Source of the DNA: Trichoplax sp. H2
Lineage: Eukaryota
NCBI GenBank assembly: GCA_003344405.1
Contig: NOWV01000020.1
Span: forward strand, 248,001 to 312,000
Reading direction: 5' to 3'
DNA length: 64,000 nt
In this document: positions 13,701-27,263 of the stretch, piece by piece
Numbering within the stretch: the stretch's first letter is position 1
Layout of the letters: each line of letters begins with the position of its first letter
Made by a program: the position numbers and the translations under genes
The notes under the pieces: model-generated
Seen by the model: the letters and a program-made list of their open reading frames with translations, nothing else
What the model was told of the DNA's origin: nothing
Databases searched by the model: none

Positions 13701-15409
13701 TCTGCCTCTTGTTTTTTATTTCAATAAAGGTTAATCAAGTTTCATCAAAGTGGAGATTTTTTATTATCAGCCATTACAAATGTTCCTATGGGCGATTTGA
13801 AACAAAAATCGCAGGTTGATCAATATTGTCATAAGCATTATTTTAGCGCATTAAAGAATTTTCATAACATCAGTTTAATTTTTTTAACTCGCTACTTTTG
13901 CAATTATACGTATACTATATAGATTTCGAGCTATGAGCGTACTGGGCATCAGACAGCTGATATTTTACATGGGAATACTTCTACCTCGTATGACAATTCT
14001 GCAGAGCTTGGTAGGGTCAGGGAGGATAATTCGTTTCCATCCCAGACAGTCGGTCAAGGAAGTGAACGTTACTTACGTATACTTAACGACCGTGCTGATG
14101 GGGATAACTCAGAGGAAATAATTGTGTCTGCGGTTACGATATCTACAGTTTCAACCGAAACACCTAGGACTGTACCGGATACACCTACTGTATCATCAGA
14201 CTCAGGTGGTGCAGGACAAAGAGAGGAAGGAGCTATCAGAGAAGTCGATTCCAGTGTAACACATATGGTTAATGCTGGAGGTAACGTCTTCCACTTTAGC
14301 GTAGGTGCATCGAATGGACCAGTTGATCAAGTGCCCATTATAACGGCTAGAATTAAGCTCAAAAAGGTAACCAGTAGACTACAATGGTGGGATATTAGTT
14401 CTGGATGTTTACCAGACTTGAAAGCAGGTATTTCAATGAAATATTATTTTGTAAATTTCAACGACTATAATGATCATTTAAATTGGATCGTTTATGATTT
14501 TACTTTAGCGGAAAGATGTATAATCCTTCGTAATGCAATAATTCATAACGATATGAGCTGTTCAATTACCAAAGATAGTAGTCTTTTGGCAGCGTTCATT
14601 CAGGAAAGAAGTAATTCCCGTCAGGACATCTCCTTAATATTGATCTCAGTACATTCATCATCTATGGGACAATGCTTGTTTAAGCAATCATTAGGTAATT
14701 GTCTCAGTGATAGATAATACAATACTAAATACGCTAACTTCGTATTTGTTGATATCTAATAGTAACATAATGTCTATTAATTTTGTTAATTGTGTATAGG
14801 TCCAAATATTATGTCTGTCAGTTTTTCACCGTTAGATCGTTATATTATCGCGGGATTTTCATGTTATCGACCTCAGCGACATACCTTTAATGATTTGGTA
14901 AGTTGGACAGTAACTATTCCATAGAGTCTATTTCAATTATTATATTGATGGTTTATATGCGAATCCTTTATAAATTCTGCCCTAGCCTGCCGCATCTATC
15001 TACAGAATTTGCAGAAACGAGTGTAAAAGCTCTGATTCTCCTGACTCTATACCTCCATATGAGATAGGCTTGGAAGTTAGTATTGATATCGCTTGCAGTT
15101 ATTGTTAAATTATAATAATATTACTGCTAGTACAAAGAAATAACACAGTTTTATAAAATATAGCTGTTAAAAATGTTGAATATCTATAGCTGATCTATAA
15201 TACTGATTGTTTATCATTAATTTATAATTATTAGTAACAAATGTATGAATATACGTATTTTTATCTAGTTTGTTCGCGATATAGATCACTATGCATACAG
15301 GAGTAGTATTGAGAATGTAAGCACTAATATTGCGTGCTGGCTTCCGGAAATTGGTTCTGGAGTGGTCTATGGTACCAATAGAGGGCATGTGATTATTTCT
15401 CATACATGA
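10791..15409 (+). CDS. AMBRA1: AMBRA1 orthologue (split-WD40 DCAF3; autophagy and CRL4 substrate receptor), about 10 exons
   Basis: Exons approx. 10791-10955, 12537-12595, 12852-13036, 13346-13522, 13730-13815, 13923-14427, 14509-14694, 14800-14897, 14986-15075, 15269-15409. Motifs DLPDTLRTTFVIAFS, GHPRTPWTLAWHP..LASGCLGGQIRVWNL|GGSE, RLQWWD, IHNDMSCSI..LLAAFI, GPNIMSVSFSPLDRY and WLPEIGSGVVYGTNRG match the AMBRA1 family. Confidence 0.93.
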
Positions 15410-16599
15410 TGAATATTGTATCTATAGGTGCTACTATAAATAATGGTAGTTAAGATATGATGATATGAACATTATTTATTAGCGTATTGATACTGTAGAT
15501 GCAAGTGTAGATGATAATGTGCCTCTTTGACGGCTTGTATGAGATAGCTTGAGAACGATGAGTCTTGAATAGCGTAAGCTATATTTAACATTGTATTAAT
15601 AAAACGTTGGTTGTATAGATGCGATGTACTGTATATACAACTACTGTATATACTTTCTATGTGGACATGTCCATTGTACAGTAAAACTAGTATTTGTACG
15701 TGTTGTTCATAGCTTTTAAAAAAGTTGCCAGTGTATGAGTATTTTTTTTGCAATGACTACACACACGTCTAATCTGCCGTATTAGCATATCAATATGGAT
15801 GCCATGGATTGATTGTAATTAATTATACAGTATATATCTATAAATTATTTATATTTTGCAATAGTATTGTCGAAGTTCATATTGATAAATAGCTGACGTA
15901 CAGTATAGTGGATTATACGTCGAAGATTTCTATTTACTGTCAATCAAGTTAATCTTGCCCCATGAAGATGGATTGTGTCGTATCTGTGTGTTTATATTGT
16001 ATTCGTATAATTGCTATTGCTCAGAAATACAGTATGTATAAAATACATGTCATTGGTGTCGTTTTTTGAGGGTCATTAAGATCCGTGAAATTTCCGTTTT
16101 TTATTGCGCAATGTAGTCTAAAAAATGGACTAGAATCCATAAAAGGGATTGCAAACTATTCTGATCTGTGAATATGAATGTAGGAATAATTCATGTTTGC
16201 TCTGCGGTAGTATCGTATGAATGTACTGTACTACTACAGTAGTTCTAAACTGGGTGATGTCATTGTTTTTCACTTTATCCATTCCTGTCCTGCATGACGG
16301 ACTTGCAGATCTTCAGAGATCTACGTATGTACAAGTCTATGCCTACAGTACATGCATGTGAAGTTGGCGTCTCTGGAAATTTCCATCAATATACATGTAT
16401 AAACAAACAACAACTTGTCTATTTTAAACTGTTCGGTACTCGTTTCAGTATGTTTACATGCAGTACTACATGTCTTTTTTCCTGTCATTGACCATATTTA
16501 TCCTGGATCTACACTCTACGCATCGATTGCTTTCACATAGTCCGAGGATTTGATTTTTAGAATGCAATGCAGCAGCAGCTGACGACGAGTGACCAGTCA

Positions 16600-17840
16600 C
16601 TGACGACCCTGATAGTACGACAGTACAATCGGATTATATGGAGCACTATGCTGCAGCCGCTTGCTGTACAGTACAAATCACTCTGGGAGGACTGCATTCC
16701 GCTATACTGTACTGTACAGTACAGTGTACAGTACAGTACCGCAAAGTACAGTATTTTGTTAGGAGTACTGTAGGCCTACAGTACTGTGTACTGCAGGCCT
16801 TTGGCTTGAGTACTGAAGCTAGATGAAGAGGTCGAACGAGCGGAGGGCACGTGGTCGCTTTGGAATACTGACGCGTTCGCGCTTGCTATTTTCGGCATGC
16901 CTGTTGACTAGTCAGTCAGTGCTGTAGTAACAAGAGTCAAGATTCTCGCTTTGACAGTACTGTAGTCTACTGGAAAAAGAAATGGACAGCACGGACACAG
17001 TGGTTAGTTATCTGTGCCAAATTTGATAGACCGATTCTTTTTGCAGTCAGAATGTACAGTACAGTGTACGCTTCCTATTTTCGGTAAGCCTGTTGACTAG
17101 TCAGTCAGTGCTGTAGTAACACGAGTCAAGATTCTCGCTCTGACTGTACTGTAGTCTACTGGAAAAGAAACGGAAAGGACGGACGCAGTGATTCGTTCGC
17201 TGGGCCAAATTTGATAGACCGATTGTTTTTGCAGTCAGAATGTACAATATGGACTGTACAGTACAGTGTACAGTGTACAGTGTACTGTACGCTTCCTATT
17301 TTCGGTATGCCTGTTGACTAGTCAGTGGGGTAGTAACACGAGTGCGTAGATCACTTGTAACCGGTTAAGTGCCCATACGTAAACACAAGTCAAGATTCTC
17401 GCTTTGATAGTACTGTAGTCTACTGGAAAAAGAAACGGACAGCACGGACACAAGTGGTTAGTTCGCTGTGCCAAATTTGATAGACCGATTCTTTTTACAG
17501 TCAGAATGTGCAATATGGACTGTAAAGTACAGTGTACGCTTCCTATTTTCGGTATGCCTGTTCACACGAGTCAAGATTCTCACTTTGACAGTACTGTAGT
17601 CTACTGGAAAAAGAAACGGACAAGACGGACACAGTGATTCGTTCGCTACCGATTCTTTTTGCAGTCAGAATGTACAATCTGGGCTGCACAGTGTCCTACA
17701 GTACAGTGTACTGTATTACACAGTGTACTGTACTGTAGTCCAGAACAAAAACTGTTGGCCCATACTGTACTGTACAGTACAGCTACAGTATGGTGTCTTA
17801 CAGTACTATGTACAGTGCTCTACAGTGTACTGTAGTCATC
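16600..17840. repeat. Promoter-proximal repeat block: about 4 copies of a ~190-245 bp unit flanked by (CAGTA/TACTG)n simple repeats
   Basis: CTATTTTCGG(T/C)A(T/A)GCCTGTT near 16886, 17075, 17296 and 17542, each followed by GAGTCAAGATTCTC...GTAGTCTACTGGAAAA...CCGATT...CAGTCAGAATGT. Pentamer tracts at 16700-16795 and 17690-17835. Confidence 0.9.
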
Positions 17841-18024
17841 CATCTTGCGCCAGCCTACGCCTGGTGGTTGCTGACTTTTCCGCCTGCGAGAGGTGCCATT
17901 ACTAAATTGTGCAGGATCAACGTTAGTCCTCCACTGTTAATCTTTTCTTCACTCTCAACTTGAACAAACGATTCATTCTCTTCAACAAGATCGAGAAAAA
18001 GATTGATAATCTTCCTTTCTCAAA

Positions 18025-21000
18025 ATGCCGTCCAGTAAGAGTGATACCATGCGCGGCTTGGCCGTTTTCATTTCGGATATACGAAATTGTGAGTTTCTGC
18101 ATCATGACGTAGTCCAACAAGGCGTTAACTTGACATTTCTACCATCAACCAGGCGTATTTCTCTTTTTTTTCTCCCCCTCTCTCTCTCTCTCTTTCTTTC
18201 TTCTGACGATAGTATCCGAACGACGTTGATACAACACCTTTATGTCAAGTTGTCTTTGAAGAGTACATCTCGACGATCCAGCCGATCGATCAATATTATC
18301 CTTCTTTCATACTTGTAGTCCAATACATGTCGGTCGATACCAGCTTTTTCTACACCAGATTGAGTACCGTACCGTACATCGCAGCAAACGCATGCAATCG
18401 GGTCTAGTCTGCAATTTCAACACTCGCTCTTTTGGATTACCAATTGTCCATGCCAGTCCGATGGACTGGTTGCTTTATCAATCCACATAGTCAAATACTG
18501 TCCATTTCAACCAATACCCCTACCAAATGCAATTATTATTCAACTCAACATATCATTTACTGTCATCTCTCTCTCCGATCATAGTACAAGTGCGTCAAAA
18601 TGGCCATGACGATATTGTAGACTCTCGTCCTGGATAGTTTCATTACCTTTTTCCAACTCAGATGACGATAGAATGCCATGTCGGCTTGAAAGATTGTCCA
18701 TTGATGGCTTACCATTCCTAGCATATCATTGATCCATAGTGTTACTCCTTTTTCATCAACAAAAAAAAATCATCGTCGAGGGCGTTAATCTTACCAAAAT
18801 GTCATCTACCCATTCTAGGAGTCGATGACCTTGCCCGTCTTCTCCCGATTCTAGCAAAGTCCAGTATTGATCGTATAGCAGTAAATGAAATAGAATACGA
18901 TTCAAGTGATTTTGTGTCGTACTGATGATGTTGAACATATAGAATTACTAAATGTGCGTAGTCAATGATTGCATAGTTGAATATTGACCCATATCTCATG
19001 CTTGTATGACCTATTTTGTCGGGTGCGCTAGGCAAATCACGAGAAGCGGAAATTAAAAGAATTAACAAAGAACTCGCTAACATCAGATCCAAGTTTAAAG
19101 GTAATGAATTGAATATTGGATACTTGTTGTTGCTGCTGCATATTTTTATGTGTTAGGCAATGAAATTTGCCTTTGATAGACGTAGACGTCGTGTCTAAAT
19201 TGATGGGAAAATGGTCCGACAATGAACCGTGCGTCATACTCAACATGCTTATTTTTGACTCTAGGCGATAAACAACTGGATGGCTACAGTAAGAAAAAAT
19301 ATGTCTGCAAATTGCTATTTATATTTCTTCTTGGTGTCGATATCGATTTTGGCTACATGGAAGCTGTTAATTTATTGTCTTCCATTAAGTATACGGAAAA
19401 ACAAATTGTAAGAACTGTTTATTCTATTCATTTTTCAATTCATAATTTGTTACTATTTTCCCAACTACAGTGATCTTATCGACCAATGCAATCATTGCGA
19501 ATAGCACAATCTTACATGATAATCTACAGTATAGTGTATGCTTGTATTGATGAACAGTCATGAACACATACTGTATACCGCAAATTTCGTTGAAACTCAG
19601 CTTAGATTAATATTCATTTAATCCACCCTTATTTAATTATTTAAAGATTTGATCGTGGTTAAATTTAAGTAACCGTTATTATTTTATCATACTGTTTTTG
19701 TAATGCAGAATTAGAGTGTCTTAATGGCGGCTTATGCCATCACTATTTAATTTTTAAAGGTTTTATAGTCGACAATTGAATTGAAGCAATCATGATTCCG
19801 ATACCGTAGAATATTTATTTTTTTACCACACAATTTTTCAGTCATGTTATGTCTACTGTCAGTACAAATAAGAATGCCTTAACTGTATGTGTGTACAAAT
19901 ACTTATCATGTATCAAGCATGTAAAAAATGCTCTTTTGATTACTGTAGCACTCACAGCCCAATGCATTTTCGCTTACTTTTGTCCATTAGCTACTCTATA
20001 CATTGTACATGATAAAGGGTAGTTCAACTTAGTCCTTTCTTTTTAATAGACTAATTGTTTTTACAACCGTTTACCAATGAAATGATTTCATGATACTGAT
20101 CAAACATGCCTGTACCTCTTGGAGTAATTATTTTACTAATTGTAGATATTGTTTCTTTCATCATTTCTTTAAAGGGCTATCTTTTCATTTCTGTGCTGAT
20201 TGATCACAGTCATGATTTGATGAAATTAGTAATCCAATCGATTAAAAATGATTTAAACAGTGGCAAGCCAATCCATATTTCACTCGCCCTGAATTGCGTT
20301 GCTAATGTGGGTAGCCCGGAAATGGCTGAACAATTGGCTAGCGAAGTGCCTCGAATTTTAGTTGGAAGGTATTAAATACACAAATTAGATTATCACAAGA
20401 TTATTGCTATTACAGTATTGTGTTATCAACAACCGTTCTAAAGTCCTATTACAAGTGTTAAATCTACCAGTTTCAATACATTCACTTATGAATACGTATA
20501 TGGCAGTATGATTAGTTTCAGACTTTGCTTGGCTACATGATGAGTATTTATAATATCATCACACTTTCAGTGATAGCTTTCTAGAGTGACATTTCAAACT
20601 AATGTAATCGTAGTGCATACTTTGACCTCAGCTTCTGATCAATATTAAACACTGTACGCTCATTTTTTAGTGATACAATGGATACAGTCAGACAGAACGC
20701 TGCGCTATGCTTGCTTCGCTTGTATAGAGTATCGACGAAGATATTACCTCCTGGAGAATGGACAACTAGAATAGTGCAACTGCTATCCGATAAACACCTT
20801 GTAAAACAAATTGTCAATTTAACTTTTGCGTTCTCGGTTGGATTAACTGTACTTTAAAATTGATGTCTTTTCTAATTAATTGTTCATTAGGGTGTTGTAA
20901 CTGCAGCATGCAGTCTAATTTATGAATTAGCAAGGGAAAATCCAGAGGATTATAAAGCATGCGTACCATTGGCCGTTTCACGATTAAGTCGCGTAAGTGA

Positions 21001-24000
21001 AGCAATGGCGTTCATCCGTTTAGCGGATTATCACTATATTATTACGACTATATCACGTATCCTTTCATATTCTTATAGATTGCAACCGCTAATTACGGTG
21101 ATTTACAAGACTATACTTATTACTTTGTTCCTGCACCTTGGCTTTCTGTTAAGCTTTTGCGTTTATTGCAAACATATCCTCCACCAGGTTAGTAACTTAG
21201 TATAGACTAGCACGATTCAACGTACTATTACATACTGAATAATATGATACTGATCTGAAGTATCACCTTACAAAATTAGATGATCCAGCCATTCGTGCTC
21301 GCTTACACGAATGCATTGAAGCTGTACTAAACAGAGCAATGGTAAATATAACATGATATTGTTTTATTATCGAATCGTTTCATCACTTGTTTCTTCCTTA
21401 TGATAATATAACTCATGGTATAACCTACAGGAACCACCAAAGTCCAAGAAAGTACAGCACAGCAATGCAAAGAATGCAGTCATTTTTGAAGCAATTAGTT
21501 TAATTATACACTACGATAAGTAAGAATTGTAACTATTTCTTTATTACATAAATTAACTGTCTATTTACTATTTAAATGGTAATAATGTAGGCTAGGCTAT
21601 TATTACAACAGAGTTAAAATTTATATTGTATATTGTTATTAATTAATAATTAAAACAGCGATCCTGATCAAATGGTTCGAGCGTGTAATCAACTCGGTAC
21701 CTTTTTGTCAAGTCGAGAAACTAATTTAAGGTTAATTTTGCTTAGGATGTTTTCATTTTATGAGAGGTCGAATTTTGACTATGTTATCATTATTTTTTAT
21801 TTGCTAAAATAGGTATCTTGCATTGGAAAGTATGTGTGCGCTGGCCTCATCTGAATATTCTCACGACGCTGTAAAGAAACATCAAAGTACAGTGATCCAG
21901 GCTTTAAAAGTTAGTGCACGTTATCTAACAATATCCAATACTGTATTTTTTTTATGAATACCAGTCTAAAGGATGACCATATATATTTTATTTATCGTTG
22001 CAAAATAGTCATAGTTGTAATTGGTTTAATTATGCTTCACTGTTTAGAGCGAACGCGATGTTAGCGTCAGACAAAGGGCCATTGATTTGCTTTATGCTAT
22101 GTGTGATAAAACTAATGCTATAGAGATAGTCGAGGAAATGTTGAATTATCTCAAAACTGCTGATTATTCTATCCGTGAAGAAATGGTACTTAAGGTAGCC
22201 ATTCTAGCGGAAAGATACGCAGTTGACTATACATGGTATGTCGATACCATTTTGCGCCTGATAGGTATTGCTGGAGACTACGTAAGCGAAGAGGTAAAAG
22301 TTAATAAAATAGAATACAATTGTTGCATGGAACCTGAATTTCTCGTCCATGATCGGTATTACTGGATTTTTACTTTAGGTTTGGTATCGCGTAATTCAAA
22401 TTACAGTTAACAGAGATGATGTACAAGGATATGCAGCCAAAACTGTATTTGAAGTAAGAAAGCATGATTCGACTCATCCTATAGGAGTATAATGTTCGCT
22501 TGATCACCCTAATAAATAATAAATATAACTACAAATTGCATTATCTATGTAGGCATTACAAGCTCCTGCATGTCACGAGAATATGGTAAAAGTTGGAGCC
22601 TATATTCTTGGAGAATTTGGTAATTTAATTGCAGGTGATGGAAGATCGAGGTAAGTTTTAGCATTCATGATACTAATAGTAAAATGCTGTGTTTATGCTG
22701 TGCTGTAAGATTTAGAAATGTAATTAAATTTTGTTATCTTAATATTTTACAGTGCTGGTACGCAGTTTGAGTTGCTGCATTCGAAGTTTCACTTCTGTAG
22801 CACAGCTACTCGTGCTATACTATTAACGACATATGTAAAATTTATCAACTTATTTCCGGAACTAAAAGGTCAAATTCAGAAGGTATGGTTGAATGCAAAT
22901 TTTTACAAAAGCAAAGCAGTAGCCAATAGTTACTCTAAATCGCTATTTCTTTTGTTGTGATAAGGTATTACGAAGCGACAATCAAATACGGAACGCTGAT
23001 GTAGAATTACAGCAAAGGTGCTTGGAATACTTAAGAATGACCAACGTTGCTTCTTCTGAAGTACTGGTATGTTCTCATAGTAGTATTGCGTTCTGACATA
23101 CGTTATAATTTAGTATGATATGGTATATTATAAATTTGATGGTGTTTACAGAATACTGTTTTGGAAGTAATGCCACCCTTCCCGGAACGTGACTCCTCAA
23201 TTTTAGCAAAATTACAGAAAAAGAAATCAGTTATTAGTAACAAAAATTTGGCTGATGGAGTTGCTACTGCTAATGTATGGTTTAATGAACTTTTTGCATT
23301 CTTGAATTGCCATTCTTAATAAGGATAGATCAAATTCGTTAACGTTATACCAATATATTTCTGCAAATATAGACAACCAATGTGGCCGTTAAATCACCCG
23401 CTACCGCTGCTGCTTTAACCACGATTACAGCTCCGGCTGCAAATCCTAATAATGTTACAAATAATACGGTGGCACCTGTCATAGGTAATAATTAGAAAGT
23501 TGAAAACTCTGAAGGTGTTATATTGCTAAATTTGACATTAATTATCGCTTTGTATTTGGTTCTACCAGATCTTATTGCTCGTGACCCTGTCGAACCTGCT
23601 CCTACATCAACAATTGACGGAGCTAGTTCTGGGGCACTTTTAGTTGATGTATTTGCTGAAGCCGAGCCGAAATTGCCACAAAGTAGTAGTGAAGTTATTG
23701 CTCAAGATAACTCTGATAAGTAAGCAATTCATTCAATACGTATTCTTTTCTGTCTACAGAGTTGGTTGTAAACATATTTTTAACTTTTTGATTAATCTAG
23801 ATTTTTAATGAAAAATAACGGAGTTTTATACGAAAGCAGCGTTGTTCAGATTGGAGTGAAAAGTGAATTTAAGCAAGGAACAGGTGTATTGTCTTGACCA
23901 ATCTATTTCTATTACTGTAGATTTTGATATCGTTACTGCTTTACTAAGTGTATCTTTTCTGGCATCGAATAGGGGTTTTGAGTATATTTTTCGGTAACAA

Positions 24001-25019
24001 AACAAACTTTCAGTTGGCTGCATTCACCTCAGTTGTTGAATGTTCCGCTGATTTGCAGAGTCATATCCTTTCATTTTATTACGAATTTTTACTATGAATA
24101 AATGATCAATATTACATATATTTATCGATTACGTAATTATATTCCTTAATAAGTATGTACGTCTTAAAGCAGAATGCCCACCTATCAACTCAATTTTAGA
24201 GGCTGGAGCGCAAGTTCAGCAAACAATCTCGTTAGAAGCTATAGGAGATTTTTTGGAAACACCTTTATTAAATCTCTCATTTAAGTAAGTTCATTCTTAA
24301 TTGTCGTCGCTACTTTTTTTCGATCTTATATCATCGACTCTGCAATGTTTCAGCATGAATGGTGGACATCAGCGCCTTTCTTTGAATCTACCAGTATTTC
24401 TTACAAAGTTTATGTCTCCAGTGGAAATGAACGCTGAAAATTTCTTTATGAGATGGAAGAATCTCTCTGGGTATTTATATACTATATATCCTGCATAACG
24501 TGCAGTAGTGATAATTTATTACAGTGCGAAAGTATGTAATGCTATCGTTGTAATCATAGACCTGCCCAAGAAGCGCAGGAAGTATTTAAAGCTAAATTTC
24601 CAATGGATAAGGAACAATCGAGTATTAAGGTGCAGATAAATTATGTTACTATACTATTTACAAATTAATTTATGCTGTTGGAAGTAATCCATTTGAATTA
24701 CAAATCGATAGATACAAGGATTTGGCTTTTCAGTTCTTGAAGGTATTGATCCAAATATTGAAAACTTTATTAGTGCTGGTATATTGTATACAAGGCAGGG
24801 TCAAGTTGGCTGTTTAATGAGACTAGAACCGAACTTGCAAGCATCGGTAAAGTTACAGTGATTGCCTATTTTTGTTGCTCTTTCTAATAGCTATTGTAAA
24901 ACTAATAGATTGTTTCTTACTTGTGTACTAATTATCTTTAGATGTACCGGTTAACTATTCGAGCATCTCGTGATAACGTGTCAGGCGTACTATTCAAGTT
25001 GATCAACCCTCATTTTTAA
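18025..25019 (+). CDS. AP2A: AP-2 complex subunit alpha (alpha-adaptin), about 25 exons
   Basis: [110 protein letters not shown], appendage ..[16 protein letters not shown]. Stop TAA at 25017-25019. Confidence 0.98.
18165..18203. repeat. (CT)n / polypyrimidine microsatellite in AP2A intron 1
   Basis: CTCTCTCTCTCTCTCTTTCTTTC read directly from the sequence. Confidence 0.85.
24063..24160 (+). other. U12-type (minor spliceosome) AT-AC intron in AP2A
   Basis: 5' splice site ATATCCTTT at 24063, branch site TTCCTTAAT at 24142-24150, 3' end TAC at 24158-24160. Removal gives in-frame [25 protein letters not shown]. Confidence 0.92.
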
Positions 25020-26203
25020 TGATTCTACACAGACGTTAGAGAATCACAGGCTTTGAAATACTTATTTTTCTTTAATTCTTACAATAGTTTTTTCCGTTGG
25101 TATATGCCTCACTGTGTATAATTGCTTTAATTAGAAATTAATTGTTGTCATCATTCCTTCAAAATAGGACTGGTAGTTAAAATAAATAAAACTAGATTTA
25201 TCTATTTACTAAATGCCACTGTAGAAGTCAGTGTAAACATGACTTCACTTGTAACTACAGTAGATATAAAATGTTACTATTTCATATCTCGCTGTTTACC
25301 TAGATACATATATACTGTAATACTGTGTAATAGCTCCTTATTAGATAGGAAAATTTTAAGATTTAAATCTGTGCCGAGATGGTATATAAACTTTTCGATT
25401 TATTCATAGTCTTGAATTGATCGGCTGTCATAATTAGTAAAGCAAATGTTATACTTATATGTAGAATTGCAAAATGACTACCTAACTTACACAAATGACT
25501 CTGTAGAATTTTGTTTTCTCCTACACCGTATTAAATGATAAAAATTTTTTAACAGAATTGGTGTAGTCCTTATTAAGTGGTCGTAGTAAAACCTTACCCT
25601 GGCTTAGGTTATATAGCGTCAAGATTTGTCGTATATTTATCAATGAATGTATGCTAAAACTTAATACCTCTATATCGTATAGTATTGAAAATCTAATATG
25701 GTAAATCAATAAAGCACCTTAGACGATTGGTACCTTAGTGAAATCCTTTTATTACGATTGATAATTCGGTTAGAGATAGTTACTATACATTTTATTCTAC
25801 TAATTGATGGAACGTTTATGAGATCTTTCTCTAACATTATGGCAATTTTTTTGAGAGCCTTGCTAACACAGGCTGTATTCAGCATTTTTACTAGTTATAG
25901 TATACACGTATATTTTATATTATATAATACATAGACACGTAAATATACTCTATATTTGCATATTGATACAGAACGTTGCAGTGACATGTAGCGGAAGCTA
26001 ATACATGTATGTTGCACCTACGCGTATATGTCTGTATACGTATAGAAAAATGCGACGCATCAGATTGTCGATTATAAAAGAAGGTAACATCAATATCCGA
26101 TAGTATGCATTACAGTTACATTGTTTAATCCATATACTCAGTAAATATAGTAGTTGGGTGGTTGACTACCGATCATTAATTGCCTAAATAATAAAAATGA
26201 AAA

Positions 26204-27263
26204 TTATTTTGTTCTGTCGCTGGAGATCTTTTTTAATTCCTTTTCATCTGCTGGATCTAATTGCAGCATAGTTTCCTTGGCGCTCGATACTTTTTGACGT
26301 ATCTATGAGGTGTATATAAATATAAAATACCGCGTTATTGTGGATGGAATCAATCTAGAGATGTAGTAGTTTACGCACGCTGTACGTATAGTCATCAGTG
26401 AAAACAATCTGATGATTAAATCGATAAGTTGTTAATTAATGCATATTGTGGATAGTCTAGAAATAGGCTACCGTAATAATATTGGAAAGGTGAATCGAAA
26501 GGCATCGTACGAATTTTACAATGACAATACAATCAATCATCGATTGCTCTATATTAGTTTGTATTCAAATACTACGTACAAAATAAATTTTTGATCTTGC
26601 TAAGATAAATTATTTTCTTTCCCCACTATTCGTCTTTAAAGATGTTAGGTAGAATATGGAGTATTAGCAATCGCTCTCTGAGCCTTCCTTACATCCTTAT
26701 TAAGTAAATCCAATCTAGTTTATTTATACAGCATAATTGTCTATGAAGGGCATCATTTACGTATGTATTCTTACCCAAGAGAAGCAGTGATCTTCATATC
26801 CATAGTCATGATACAAGACTAAATAAATTCCTAAACCTGTACATCCGAATAATGTAATTAGTAGTTGATTTCAGATAGTACGTGTTGATTTTATGGATAG
26901 TATGTAAAGGCAGATTATAACTGATCATAAGAAGAGATTATTTCTGCTCCTTTCAATATTTTTAACCAGTAAGACTATAGATATTAGTTACGGATTGGTA
27001 AACTGCGGGCGCAGCATGTGAACATAATCATCAGTTGAGCCATTTAGTCATGACAGAACTTGCAATATCTATTGTAGTAGTGAACTATATAAATACAGTA
27101 TACGTGAGATATTACCGACGACAGTAGTATAAGTAAGCCATTTAAATCCTCTCTGATGGTTAGGAAGCACCATAGGCGTGTAGAGTTCAGCCTTGACATC
27201 TTTGTTTAGTCTTGCAATTTTAGGAGGTTCCTTATACCTGTAATCTTCAGCCATGTTGTTCAT
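26204..27263 (-). CDS. Small (~100 aa) uncharacterised single-pass membrane protein, 3 coding exons
   Basis: Exons approx. 27263-27116 (MNNMAEDYRYKEPPK...KWLTYTTVV), 26836-26775 (GLGIYLVLYHDYGYEDHCFSW) and 26302-26204 (IRQKVSSAKETMLQLDPADEKELKKISSDRTK*). GT-AG boundaries are in frame; one hydrophobic segment. Confidence 0.7.

Noticed and set aside
20537..20638. ATGATGA...CTGA pair in an AP2A intron as a C/D snoRNA
   Set aside because: No terminal stem and no rRNA/snRNA antisense element I could recognise. Such box pairs arise by chance in AT-rich DNA.
21057..21066. GTATCCTTTC resembling a second U12 donor in AP2A
   Set aside because: It lies in the polypyrimidine end of an ordinary GT-AG intron (~20993-21078) whose removal already gives the conserved frame.
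26620..26716. Extra exon in the small TM gene
   Set aside because: In the required phase it stops after 4 codons. The downstream IRQK exon continues the motif cleanly.
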